The position numbers and the translations under genes were made by a program. Shown here piece after piece: positions 26,596 through 36,071 of a stretch of DNA of 64,000 nt (within the stretch, counting starts at the first letter, position 1; each line of letters starts with the position of its first letter). Location: the IMG/VR virus record IMGVR_UViG_3300044632_000653; one strand, given 5' to 3'. The DNA comes from a virus. The notes under the pieces are model-generated. The model was given only the letters and a program-made list of their open reading frames with translations. It was not told where the DNA came from and ran no database searches.

Positions 26596-27528
26596 ATGAA
26601 AGACCTCCTCGTAGAGAAGTACCGACCGAAGAAGGTCTCGGACTGCGTCCTCCCAAAGGGACTGTCCGAGACCTTCTCGGATATCGTGAAGTCGGGAGAC
26701 ATCCCGAACATGATCCTGTGCGGCGGCGCAGGGTGCGGCAAGACCACGGTCGCCCGAGCCATATGCGACGAGTTGGGGAGGGACCTCCTCTTCATCAACG
26801 CATCGGAGGACGGCGGCATCGACACCCTGCGGACACGGATCAGGCAGTTCGCCTCTTCCGTCTCCCTCAACGGGGGTGTCAAGGTTGTCGTGCTTGACGA
26901 AGCCGACTATCTGAACCCGCAGTCCACCCAACCCGCCCTCCGTGGATTCATGGAGGAGTTCGGGTCGAACTGCCGATTCATCCTCACCTGCAACTTCAAG
27001 AACAGGATCATCGAACCCCTGCACAGCCGATGCACGGTCATCGACTTCAGGATCCCTGCCAAGGAAAAGACCCACATGGGTCAGGAGTTCTTTGAGCGGC
27101 TCAAGGGGATCCTCAAGGCAGAGGGCATCGAATACGACGCTCCCGTCTTGGCTCAACTCATCATCAAGCACTTCCCCGATTTCCGCCGTGTCCTCAACGA
27201 GGTGCAGCGGTACTCGGTGTCGGGCTCGGTCGATGCGGGGATCCTCGTCACATCGGACATCGCCATGGATTCGCTCGTCAAGGCACTCAAGGCGAAGTCC
27301 TTTGGAGACATCCGCAAGTGGGTCGTGGAGAACTCGGACAAGGACATGGCGCATGTCTTCCGCAGGATCTACGAGACCATGCTCGACTCGTTGCAGCCCT
27401 CGTCGGTCCCACAGGCTGTCATCACCCTGTCGGAGTACCAATACAAGTCTGCCTTCGCCGCCGATCAGGAACTCAACCTCGCCGCCTGTTGCGTGGTGCT
27501 TGCCTCGGAATGCACCTTCAAAGCCTAA
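26596..27528 (+). CDS. gp44: Clamp loader large subunit
   Basis: LVEKYRP, GGAGCGKTT, LDEAD, SRC, FPDFRR. Confidence 0.96.
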   Translation: MKDLLVEKYRPKKVSDCVLPKGLSETFSDIVKSGDIPNMILCGGAGCGKTTVARAICDELGRDLLFINASEDGGIDTLRTRIRQFASSVSLNGGVKVVVLDEADYLNPQSTQPALRGFMEEFGSNCRFILTCNFKNRIIEPLHSRCTVIDFRIPAKEKTHMGQEFFERLKGILKAEGIEYDAPVLAQLIIKHFPDFRRVLNEVQRYSVSGSVDAGILVTSDIAMDSLVKALKAKSFGDIRKWVVENSDKDMAHVFRRIYETMLDSLQPSSVPQAVITLSEYQYKSAFAADQELNLAACCVVLASECTFKA

Positions 27529-27554
27529 ATACGGGCGACGAAGGGGGGCATCCG

Positions 27555-28286
27555 ATGGTCGTGAAGAGCCTCAATGATCTGTCGATTTCGATCCATGAGA
27601 TCGGTCAGCGGTATCAGATCCAATCCTACATCGAAGAGTTTCGGCAGTCGCTCGGCGAGGAGGTCGGGGACAGGTTTTGGGATGACTTCGACTCCACGGT
27701 CAGGACCGTCTCCGTTGGCGAGGTGGTCAATCCTTTGGAGAAGATCATGCTGCTGTCGAGCATGATCACCGACGATCAGTTGGAGAAGGTTTCCAAGATC
27801 AACCAACGCCTTGAGAGGAAGTACTCGTACAGCGGCTTCATCAAGGAATGCAGCAACGCCCGACAGACATTCCTGCGTGAGCGGCACAACTACTTCTCCA
27901 CCAAGGTCGCCAAGAAGCACTCCGACGAAAGCGGCAACGGAGGTCTCGGGACCTATTTCGATGTCACGGGGATGACCGATGTCATGCTCGCCGAGTGGCT
28001 CGACGCAGCCCTGTCTGCGGTGTACCCGAACCACATCGACATCGAATACGAGGACATGGGTGGGAAGCGCATCAAGACCAAGATCGCCCACCGAGTGTGT
28101 GTGGTCGGTAGGGATTATGTCGAAGCCCCCCTGATCGACCGATACCACGGGTCGAACGCCTACGACCAATTCCTCCTGCACAGCGTCTACGACATCAAGA
28201 AGCACAAGTGGATCTATGTCCCCATGCGGCTGATCGTCAGCCTCAAGTCGGATGACATCGACCTAGACGGCGTGAATATCCCATGA
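27555..28286 (+). CDS. Hypothetical protein inserted between gp44 and gp62
   Basis: TAAATA at 27526-27531; G-rich RBS. Confidence 0.65.
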   Translation: MVVKSLNDLSISIHEIGQRYQIQSYIEEFRQSLGEEVGDRFWDDFDSTVRTVSVGEVVNPLEKIMLLSSMITDDQLEKVSKINQRLERKYSYSGFIKECSNARQTFLRERHNYFSTKVAKKHSDESGNGGLGTYFDVTGMTDVMLAEWLDAALSAVYPNHIDIEYEDMGGKRIKTKIAHRVCVVGRDYVEAPLIDRYHGSNAYDQFLLHSVYDIKKHKWIYVPMRLIVSLKSDDIDLDGVNIP

Positions 28287-28675
28287 GCCAACGACTCTCC
28301 CCCTTCGATTTCATCAAGAGCATCAACGAGAAGTCGGGCAACCTCATGGAGGTCAGCCCCGATGTCGAGCGGGACTACATCCCGTTCATGGTCAACAGGG
28401 GGCTGTCGTTCAGCCCCGACACGGTCCTGTATGCCAACGAGATGAATCGTCTCCCCTTCACCGAAAGGCGCATGCAGTACGACTACCTCTACGCCTCGGT
28501 CAGGCGCAGGAAGCGTTTCGACAAGTGGGTCAAGCCCGAGGAGAAGGACGAGGAACTCGTACAGTCGGTGATGGCTCGGTACGGGATTGGTAGGAAACGG
28601 GCTGACGAATACATCTCGCTCCTAGACCAAGAGGCACGGGAGAAGATCCTCAAGGCTAGGGGAGGATCACGCTAA
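28283..28675 (+). CDS. gp62: Clamp loader small subunit
   Basis: PFDFIKSIN..YIPFMVNRGLS..DTVLYANEMN..QYDYL..RKRF.KW.K. Confidence 0.93.
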   Translation: MSQRLSPFDFIKSINEKSGNLMEVSPDVERDYIPFMVNRGLSFSPDTVLYANEMNRLPFTERRMQYDYLYASVRRRKRFDKWVKPEEKDEELVQSVMARYGIGRKRADEYISLLDQEAREKILKARGGSR

Positions 28676-28699
28676 ATACTCCAAACAGAGTTATGACCC

Positions 28700-29134
28700 G
28701 TGAATGAGATCGTGGACAAACTAGTCGAGGTCACCCTACCGAGCCCCGATGCCTTCCTCAAAGTCAGAGAGACCCTCACTCGGATAGGCATCTCGGCGAA
28801 GGAGGGGAAAAAACTGTGGCAGTCCTGCCATATTTTGCACAAGAGAGGTCGATATTACATCGTCCACTTCAAGGAACTGTTCCTATTGGACGGTCTCTCC
28901 ACCGACTTCTCCGAGTCTGACAGGGCTCGTCGCAACACGATCACAGGTCTGCTAGAGCAATGGGGTCTCATCAAGGTCGTTGATCCGACCCGCATCAAGG
29001 AGCCGACCTGCTCCATCGGGCACTTCAAGATCCTGCCTCACTCGCAGAAAGCCGAGTGGGAACTCATACCCAAGTACAGGATCGGTCTCCGCAAAAAGCG
29101 TGAGGGATCCGATCCACCCTCCGAACCCGACTGA
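28700..29134 (+). CDS. regA: Translational repressor RegA
   Basis: FLKVRETLTRIGI..LWQSCHILHKRGRYYIVHFKELF.LDG. Confidence 0.96.
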   Translation: MNEIVDKLVEVTLPSPDAFLKVRETLTRIGISAKEGKKLWQSCHILHKRGRYYIVHFKELFLLDGLSTDFSESDRARRNTITGLLEQWGLIKVVDPTRIKEPTCSIGHFKILPHSQKAEWELIPKYRIGLRKKREGSDPPSEPD

Positions 29135-29148
29135 ATCGATTCTTTATT

Positions 29149-29682
29149 ATGAACTGCGTGATCCTCGGCTACAAGAAACTGCATCCCGAAGCCTTCGCTC
29201 CCGTCTATGCGACGGAGGACTCGGCGTGTTTCGACATCCGTCTCTGTCTACCCGCAGGTTACAGGGATGTCGATGTTTGGACACAGTCGAACATGCCGTC
29301 GAAGGCGTGGGCTTGGTTGGAGCAGCCCGACCAACCTCCCACGCTGACCGTCCAACCTGGCGACAGGGTCCTGTTGCCGACCAAACTGATCCTCGACATC
29401 CCCAAGGGCTACTCCGTGCGGCTGCACATGCGCTCGGGACTCGCCCTCAAGAGCGGTCTGATGCTCTCCAACTGCGAGGGTGTCATCGACTCCGACTACA
29501 CGCAGGAACTGATGGTTCCCGTAACGAACACAAGCAAGGCAACTCTTGCGCTTCGGCACGGTGATCGCATCTGCCAAGGCGAAATTGTGGAGAAGATCTC
29601 AACGGTCTTCTGCCAAGTGGACGATGTGATTGACAGAGGGACCACCCGCAACGGGGGCTTCGGCTCGACAGGAAAGGCATGA
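29149..29682 (+). CDS. dut: Trimeric dUTPase
   Basis: SACFDI, RSGLA, GVIDSDY, GDRICQ, RNGGFGSTG. Confidence 0.95.
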   Translation: MNCVILGYKKLHPEAFAPVYATEDSACFDIRLCLPAGYRDVDVWTQSNMPSKAWAWLEQPDQPPTLTVQPGDRVLLPTKLILDIPKGYSVRLHMRSGLALKSGLMLSNCEGVIDSDYTQELMVPVTNTSKATLALRHGDRICQGEIVEKISTVFCQVDDVIDRGTTRNGGFGSTGKA

Positions 29683-29686
29683 CGAG

Positions 29687-30130
29687 ATGAACAGAGAAGA
29701 ACTCCTAAAGAACCACGAACGCCTCTGCGGGATGGCACTTGACCTGATGAAGAGGAAAAACCACGACTACGCAGGTCGTGGAGGCGAGTCGCCGTTCGCT
29801 AACTTCACCCGATGCGAGGCTATGGGCATCTGCTCCACCGAGCAGGGTTTCCTCGTCCGTCTCACGGACAAGATGTCACGCCTGTCATCCTTCATCGAAG
29901 CGGGTACCCTACAGGTCAAGGACGAGTCCGTCGAGGACACGATCCTTGATGTCATCAACTACGCCGTCCTGTTCCAATCCTACCTCCAAGAAAAGAAGGA
30001 GAAGATCCATGAGAGTCCCGTCAACGCTTCTCACAACGGTGTTCATCTCAACGATCATCATCGGAACGGCAGGGTTCAGCGAACCCTCAGCGTGGGGTAC
30101 ATCTCCCACCACGGTCTCGGCTCGGATTGA
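29687..30130 (+). CDS. Nucleotide-modification-associated domain 1 (DUF1599-like) protein
   Basis: KNHDYA..PFANF..VRLTDKMSRL..ESVEDTILDVINY. Confidence 0.8.
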   Translation: MNREELLKNHERLCGMALDLMKRKNHDYAGRGGESPFANFTRCEAMGICSTEQGFLVRLTDKMSRLSSFIEAGTLQVKDESVEDTILDVINYAVLFQSYLQEKKEKIHESPVNASHNGVHLNDHHRNGRVQRTLSVGYISHHGLGSD

Positions 30131-30500
30131 CAGCAATGTCGATCTGATCCTCCCTGCATTGGCGAAGGTCGAGTCGAGCAACAACCCCAACGCCGTGGGC
30201 GATGGCGGAAAGGCAATCGGGATCTATCAGATCCATTGGGCGTATTGGAAGGACGCAACGGACCACGACAAGTCCATCGGCGGCTCCTATCGGGATTGCT
30301 TCGATCCCGTCTACGCAGAGAAGATCGTTCGTGCCTACCTCGCACGGTACGCACCGAAGAATGCGACTCTTGAACAACTCGCCCGTATCCACAACGGAGG
30401 CGGGATGATCCTCAAGAAGCAGCATTCGACCAAGGAGAAGGACAAGAAGGCGTGGAAGAACACCACCGCCTATTGGAACAAGGTGAAGAAGGAACTGTGA
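30009..30500 (+). CDS. Lysozyme/transglycosylase-like protein with N-terminal signal or anchor
   Basis: ALAKVES.N..AVGD.G.AIG.YQI...YW.D..ARIHNGG. Confidence 0.8.
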   Translation: MRVPSTLLTTVFISTIIIGTAGFSEPSAWGTSPTTVSARIDSNVDLILPALAKVESSNNPNAVGDGGKAIGIYQIHWAYWKDATDHDKSIGGSYRDCFDPVYAEKIVRAYLARYAPKNATLEQLARIHNGGGMILKKQHSTKEKDKKAWKNTTAYWNKVKKEL

Positions 30501-30928
30501 TGCCGAAGATCGTGTTGGTGACGGGAGGGTTCGATCCCCTCCACTCGGGACATCTCTCGTACCTCAAGGCTGCGAGTGAGTTGGGTGACCGCCTCGTAGT
30601 GGGAGTGAACTCGGACGCATGGCTCACCCGAAAGAAGGGCAAGCCGTTCCTCCCGTTCTCGGAGAGGGCGCAGATCGTGGAGGCGATCAGATGGGTCTGC
30701 CACACGATCCCGTTCAACGACGATGACGGCAGCGCAAAGGCAGCGATCCTCGCCACCCGAAGGATGTATCCCGATTGGCACATCGTATTCGCCAACGGAG
30801 GCGACAGGACCCAAGAGAACATCCCCGAGATGAATGTGGACGATGCGAACATCTCCTTCATCTTCGGTGTCGGCGGCGAGGACAAGCGGAACTCCTCAAG
30901 TTGGATCCTCAAGACATGGCAAGGATGA
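30500..30928 (+). CDS. Cytidylyltransferase-like (HIGH) nucleotidyltransferase
   Basis: GGFDPLHSGH, FANGGDR, K.NSSSWIL. Confidence 0.9.
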   Translation: MPKIVLVTGGFDPLHSGHLSYLKAASELGDRLVVGVNSDAWLTRKKGKPFLPFSERAQIVEAIRWVCHTIPFNDDDGSAKAAILATRRMYPDWHIVFANGGDRTQENIPEMNVDDANISFIFGVGGEDKRNSSSWILKTWQG

Positions 30929-30932
30929 CTGC

Positions 30933-31679
30933 GTGACCTCGGAGATCCACCACAACGAGGCTCTCATATTCCTTGAAGCCGAGCCATCCGAGAAGTACGA
31001 CTTCGTCTATCTCGACCCACCGTACTACTGTCAGAGGGACTTCTCGGAGTTCAACGACAGGTGGTCGGGTATTGACGAGTACATGGGCATGCTCTCGCCT
31101 GTGTTCAGCGAGGTGCGCCGTGTCCTCAAGCCGCACGGCAACATCTGCATCCATGTGGATTGGCATGCCGCCCATCATGTGCGCCTCTGCCTAGACCGAG
31201 CGTTCGGTGAGGGCAACTTCCGCAACGAGATCATTTGGTGCTACGCCTCGGGTGGGGCATCGAAGCGTCACTTCTCACGGAAGCACGACAACCTGTTCGT
31301 CTATGCCAAGGATGCCGACCTCTGCCGTTTCAACCTGATCCGTGAGCCGTATCCCCGTGACTACGGCGACAGGGAGGGCTTCCACCCTGACGGTCGAATA
31401 ATGAACGATTGGTGGCAGATCGGGATCCTGTCCACGACCGCCAAGGAGCGGAACGGGTATCCGACGCAGAAACCATTGGAACTTCTTGAGCGTCTGATGA
31501 AAGCCTACACGAATGGAGGCGATCTAGTCCTTGACCCCATGTGCGGCTCGGGCACCACTTTAGAGGCGGCGTTGCGTCTCGGCAGAAGTTCAGTCGGAGT
31601 GGATAAGAACCCTGCGGCGGTTTCGACCGCCAAGGCAAGGGTCGAGCGGTGCGTGGGTCTGAACGGACTCATGGAATGA
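30933..31679 (+). CDS. DNA methyltransferase (beta class, DPPY)
   Basis: YLDPPY, YPTQKP, LDPMCGSGTT. Confidence 0.92.
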   Translation: MTSEIHHNEALIFLEAEPSEKYDFVYLDPPYYCQRDFSEFNDRWSGIDEYMGMLSPVFSEVRRVLKPHGNICIHVDWHAAHHVRLCLDRAFGEGNFRNEIIWCYASGGASKRHFSRKHDNLFVYAKDADLCRFNLIREPYPRDYGDREGFHPDGRIMNDWWQIGILSTTAKERNGYPTQKPLELLERLMKAYTNGGDLVLDPMCGSGTTLEAALRLGRSSVGVDKNPAAVSTAKARVERCVGLNGLME

Positions 31680-32743
31680 CCGAAGACTCCCGCTACCGCA
31701 TCATCGAAGGCGACTGCATCAAGGGAATGAAGACGCTGCCTGACTGCTGCGTTCACACCTGCATCACCTCGCCGCCGTACTTCGGACTTCGTGACTACGG
31801 CAAGGAAGATCAGATCGGTCTTGAGGAGACTCCCGATCAATATGTCGCCAAGATGGTCGAGGTGTTTCGTGAGGTTCGGAGGGTTCTCCGTGACGATGGA
31901 ACCGTGTGGCTGAACTTGGGTGACTCGTACTCCGCAGGAGGCAGGGGCAAGGGACAGGATGGAAGCATCCAACAGGGAAACAAGGGTTCCATGACGGGAG
32001 CCGTGTTCAACTCATGGAAGGTCGAAGGCTTCAAGAACAAGAACCTCTTGGGCATTCCTTGGCGTGTAGCCTTTGGTTTACAGGCTGACGGTTGGTACTT
32101 GAGGCAGGACATCATTTGGTCGAAGCCAAACCCGATGCCCGAGTCTGTGACCGACCGTTGCACCAAGTCACATGAGTACATATTCCTCCTCACCAAGTCG
32201 CAGAAGTACTACTACGACTATGAGGCGATCAAGGAGCCACTTGCTGAAGCATCGTTCGGTGGTATTGGCGGCAAACGCAACAAGCGTTCCGTTTGGACTG
32301 TGACCACCAAGCCGTTCCGTGGAGCGCACTTCGCCACCTTCCCGAAGGACTTGATCGAACCTTGTGTCCTTGCAGGTACGAGCGCACATGGGTGTTGCTC
32401 CAAGTGCGGTCAACCATACGAGCGTGTGATGGAGAAGACGGGCGAGTTCCAACGCCGTTGGTCAACCAACAACGCAGAAGGCTCTCCCTACGAGACTCAG
32501 TCGAGCATGCAGAAAACCTACAGGACTGCGGGATGGTCTGTCGATTGTCCCTGTGGATGCAGCGCACCCGTAGTCCCCTGCACGGTGCTTGATCCGTTCA
32601 CGGGCAGCGGAACCACCTGTGTCGTGGCGTTGAACCACGGCAGGAAGTTCATCGGCACCGAGTTGAACCCCGAGTACATCAAGATCGCAACCGACAGGAT
32701 CGCCGACGAGGCACCGATGAACCTCATGGATGTGATGGTGTGA
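31676..32743 (+). CDS. DNA methyltransferase (beta class, SPPY; N4-C type likely)
   Basis: TSPPY, HFATFP, LDPFTGSGTT. Confidence 0.92.
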   Translation: MTEDSRYRIIEGDCIKGMKTLPDCCVHTCITSPPYFGLRDYGKEDQIGLEETPDQYVAKMVEVFREVRRVLRDDGTVWLNLGDSYSAGGRGKGQDGSIQQGNKGSMTGAVFNSWKVEGFKNKNLLGIPWRVAFGLQADGWYLRQDIIWSKPNPMPESVTDRCTKSHEYIFLLTKSQKYYYDYEAIKEPLAEASFGGIGGKRNKRSVWTVTTKPFRGAHFATFPKDLIEPCVLAGTSAHGCCSKCGQPYERVMEKTGEFQRRWSTNNAEGSPYETQSSMQKTYRTAGWSVDCPCGCSAPVVPCTVLDPFTGSGTTCVVALNHGRKFIGTELNPEYIKIATDRIADEAPMNLMDVMV

Positions 32744-35274
32744 AGCCTTTCTACACCGCCGTCAACACCAAGGGCAGCAGGATCCTCCACAGAGGGTACG
32801 ACGAGAGCGGTCGGAGGCTCCATGAGTCGCTGACATTTCGACCCACGCTCTTCGTGACCACGGGCAAGCCGAAGCCCTCGTCGTGGAGGACAATCGACGG
32901 CAAGGCTGTCGATCCCGTGGACTTCGACACCATGTACGAGGCTAGGCAGTTCTCCTCGGAGTACCGTGGTGTCGGCGGTCTCGGGGTCTACGGCGACATC
33001 GACTCGGAGTTTCAGTTCATCGCAGACAGGTACGGCAGCGAGGGGGAGATGCCATACGATCCCTCGGTGATCCGTGTCCTGTCCCTCGATATTGAGGTCG
33101 AGAGCGAGGATGGATTCCCATCCGTTGACGATCCCCGAGAGAGGGTGAACGCCATCACGCTCATCCAAGGGAGCAAGGTCCACGCTCTCGGGCTCGGCGA
33201 CTTCTCCGTCGATGGAGTGACATGCCACTCGTTCAACGACGAGGCAAGTCTCCTCCACCGATTCCTCGACCTGTGGGAGGAACTCGACCCTGACATCATC
33301 ACGGGATGGAACGCCCAATTCTACGACATCCCGTACCTGTACAACAGGATCAGCAGGGTGCTTGGGAGCAAGGCGGTGAAGCGATTGTCCCCGTGGGGCG
33401 AGATCCGCACCCGCAAGGTGGTCGTGATGGACAGGGAGAATCAGGTCTACGACCTCGCAGGTATCTCCATACTCGACTACTACGACCTCTACAGGAAGTT
33501 CACCTTCGTGACCCGTGAGTCGTACAAGTTGCAGCACATCGCAATGATCGAACTCGGCGAGGGCAAGATCGACTACTCGGATGTGGGAACCCTCTCGGAC
33601 CTGTACAAGCAGGACTTTCAGAGGTTCATGGAGTACAACATCAAGGACACCAGACTTGTCATCCAACTAGAGGACAAGTTGAGGCTGATCGAACTCGCCC
33701 AAGCCCTTGCGTACAGCGCACGGACGAACCTTGACGATGTCTTCTCGCAGGTGCGGATGTGGGACAGCATCATCTACCACTACCTGCGGACGAAGAGGAT
33801 CGCCATCCCCCCGAAGCCATCGGTCGAGAAGCGTGAGCAGTTCGCAGGGGCGTATGTCAAGGAGCCGAAGCCGAACACCTACGAATGGGTGGCATCCTTC
33901 GACCTCGACAGCCTCTATCCGCACCTCATCATGCAGTACAACCTGTCCCCCGAGACCCTTGTCGAGGAGAGGATCCCCGACATGACTGCGGACACCCTCC
34001 TCGCCGAACCCGAGAGGTTCACGGGCGCACTCGCACGGGCGCACGGGGAGAACCTCTCCGTGGCGGGGAACGGAACCATGTACCGCAGGGACATCCATGG
34101 ATTCCTGCCCGAACTCATGGAGACGATGTACAGGCAGCGCAAGGAATACAAGAGGCTCTCGGTGGATGCCAAGGGGTGGCTCAAGAAGAACGCCGACACC
34201 GCCTCGCCGCAGCAGGTCCTTGAGAAGAAGAAGGAAGTCAGCAAGTACCACAACTTCCAACTCGTCCGCAAGGTTCAGTTGAACAGCGCATTCGGTGCGA
34301 TGGGGAACCAGTACTTCCGCTACTACGACCTTCGCATCGCAGAAGCGATCACATGGTCGGGCAAGTTGTCGATCAAGTGGATCGAACAGAAGTTGAACCG
34401 CTTCCTCAACAAGACATGTGGCACCGAGTCCCACGACTATGTGATCGCATCGGACACCGACTCGGTCTACCTCCATCTCGGTCCATTGGTCTCCAAGGTG
34501 GTGGGCGACAAGCCCCCGAAGGAGACCGTGCAGTTCCTCAACAAGTCCTGCAACGAGATCATCCTGCCCCGCATCTCCAAGTGGTACGGGGAACTGTCGG
34601 ACACGATGAACGCCTATGCGAACCGCATGAGCATGAAGCGGGAGAACATCGCCATGCGTGGTCTGTGGGCGGCGAAGAAGCGGTACTGCCTCGCCGTACA
34701 CATGGGAGAGGACGATGTGTACATGGAGGAGCCCGACATCAAGGTGACGGGGCTTGAGGTCGTTCGCTCATCGACACCGCAGGTGGTTCGCAGCAGTCTC
34801 CATGAGGCTATCAGGCTGATCCTCACCTCCGACGAAGGTGCGCTGCGCTCGTTCGTGGACCGATTCCACGACGAGTTCATGTCGCTGTCGGTGCATCAGA
34901 TCTCGTTCCCCCGAGGCTGCAACAACCTTGACGAGTACGCCGATGCCGCCGCCATCTACAAGAAGTCAACCCCCATCGCAGTCAAGGGCGGTCTCCTGTA
35001 CAACCACCTCGTCAAGACGAAGAGGCTCACGAAGTCCTATCCTCTGATCAGGGAGGGCGACAAGATCAAGTTCTGCTACCTCAAGGAGCCGAACCCGATC
35101 CGTGAGCATGTCATCTCCTTCGTGACCGCCCTTCCCGACGAGTTCGGCTTGGAGCAGTACATCGACAGGGAGACGCAGTTCGACAAGGCTTTCCTTGAGC
35201 CGCTCAAGAAACTGCTCGACATCGTCGGGTGGAGCGTGGAAGACAAGGCTAGCCTCGACACCCTCTTCGGCTGA
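32740..35274 (+). CDS. gp43: Family B DNA polymerase
   Basis: DIEV exonuclease, FDLDSLYP, K..LNS.FG, SDTDS, KKRY. Confidence 0.97.
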   Translation: MKPFYTAVNTKGSRILHRGYDESGRRLHESLTFRPTLFVTTGKPKPSSWRTIDGKAVDPVDFDTMYEARQFSSEYRGVGGLGVYGDIDSEFQFIADRYGSEGEMPYDPSVIRVLSLDIEVESEDGFPSVDDPRERVNAITLIQGSKVHALGLGDFSVDGVTCHSFNDEASLLHRFLDLWEELDPDIITGWNAQFYDIPYLYNRISRVLGSKAVKRLSPWGEIRTRKVVVMDRENQVYDLAGISILDYYDLYRKFTFVTRESYKLQHIAMIELGEGKIDYSDVGTLSDLYKQDFQRFMEYNIKDTRLVIQLEDKLRLIELAQALAYSARTNLDDVFSQVRMWDSIIYHYLRTKRIAIPPKPSVEKREQFAGAYVKEPKPNTYEWVASFDLDSLYPHLIMQYNLSPETLVEERIPDMTADTLLAEPERFTGALARAHGENLSVAGNGTMYRRDIHGFLPELMETMYRQRKEYKRLSVDAKGWLKKNADTASPQQVLEKKKEVSKYHNFQLVRKVQLNSAFGAMGNQYFRYYDLRIAEAITWSGKLSIKWIEQKLNRFLNKTCGTESHDYVIASDTDSVYLHLGPLVSKVVGDKPPKETVQFLNKSCNEIILPRISKWYGELSDTMNAYANRMSMKRENIAMRGLWAAKKRYCLAVHMGEDDVYMEEPDIKVTGLEVVRSSTPQVVRSSLHEAIRLILTSDEGALRSFVDRFHDEFMSLSVHQISFPRGCNNLDEYADAAAIYKKSTPIAVKGGLLYNHLVKTKRLTKSYPLIREGDKIKFCYLKEPNPIREHVISFVTALPDEFGLEQYIDRETQFDKAFLEPLKKLLDIVGWSVEDKASLDTLFG

Positions 35275-35291
35275 CCGTCCTAAATACGGTC

Positions 35292-36041
35292 ATGCAGCCC
35301 ATCGGCAAGTTCCTGACTAAGGATGTCCGACATCCCCATGTCCACCTGTGCTTCGATGACCACTCGGTCTCGCATTGGCACGGGACGAGGGGAATCTTGA
35401 AGCGGCACAGGGCTAGGGCGGTCTTCTATGTCGATGGATTCCATCTCCTCGGCGAGGAGGAGATCGACATGCTCCATGACCTCCGCTCCGATGGTCATGT
35501 CATAGGTTGCCACGGAAAGATGCACCGTGACGCTCTCTCCTACAGCAAGCGGTATGGGATCGACAGGTACATCGATGACGAGGTGATCCCTGCCATGGAG
35601 GAGATGGTGGAGGCGGGATTCGACCCCACCCACTTCGCCTTCCCCTACACCAAGTTCGATGATGCCCTGTTTGCGGAGGTGGATCGGCTGTTCTGCTTCG
35701 TCCGCTCGGGAAACGAAGGGACGATTCTCTCAGGTGGCAGGACCCTGCCTCTGATGTCGATGATGGATACGCAGCGCAAACCCACGGAATCTAGGATTCG
35801 TGGCGGGGATCTGAATGGGGCGATTGAAACAATCAGGGCAGGGGTCGAAGAAGGGGTGAGTCCTGTCATCATTTTCCACGATGTCCGACCCGTGGGCGCA
35901 CCTGCGCACACGGGTACCCACGCACGGGCGCATGTGACCCCCGAGGAGTTGGACACCGTGTTGGAGGCGATCACGGACTCGGGGTACTCATACGAGACAT
36001 TCGACGGTTTGTGTGAGAGTTCCCCTGACATGGACGAGTGA
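35292..36041 (+). CDS. Polysaccharide deacetylase (NodB-like)
   Basis: LCFDD, IGCHG..H, FAFPY, IIFHD; ATG 5 nt after TAAATA. Confidence 0.8.
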   Translation: MQPIGKFLTKDVRHPHVHLCFDDHSVSHWHGTRGILKRHRARAVFYVDGFHLLGEEEIDMLHDLRSDGHVIGCHGKMHRDALSYSKRYGIDRYIDDEVIPAMEEMVEAGFDPTHFAFPYTKFDDALFAEVDRLFCFVRSGNEGTILSGGRTLPLMSMMDTQRKPTESRIRGGDLNGAIETIRAGVEEGVSPVIIFHDVRPVGAPAHTGTHARAHVTPEELDTVLEAITDSGYSYETFDGLCESSPDMDE

Positions 36042-36071
36042 ACGCCTAAATCATTCTGCGAGGTCTACAAC

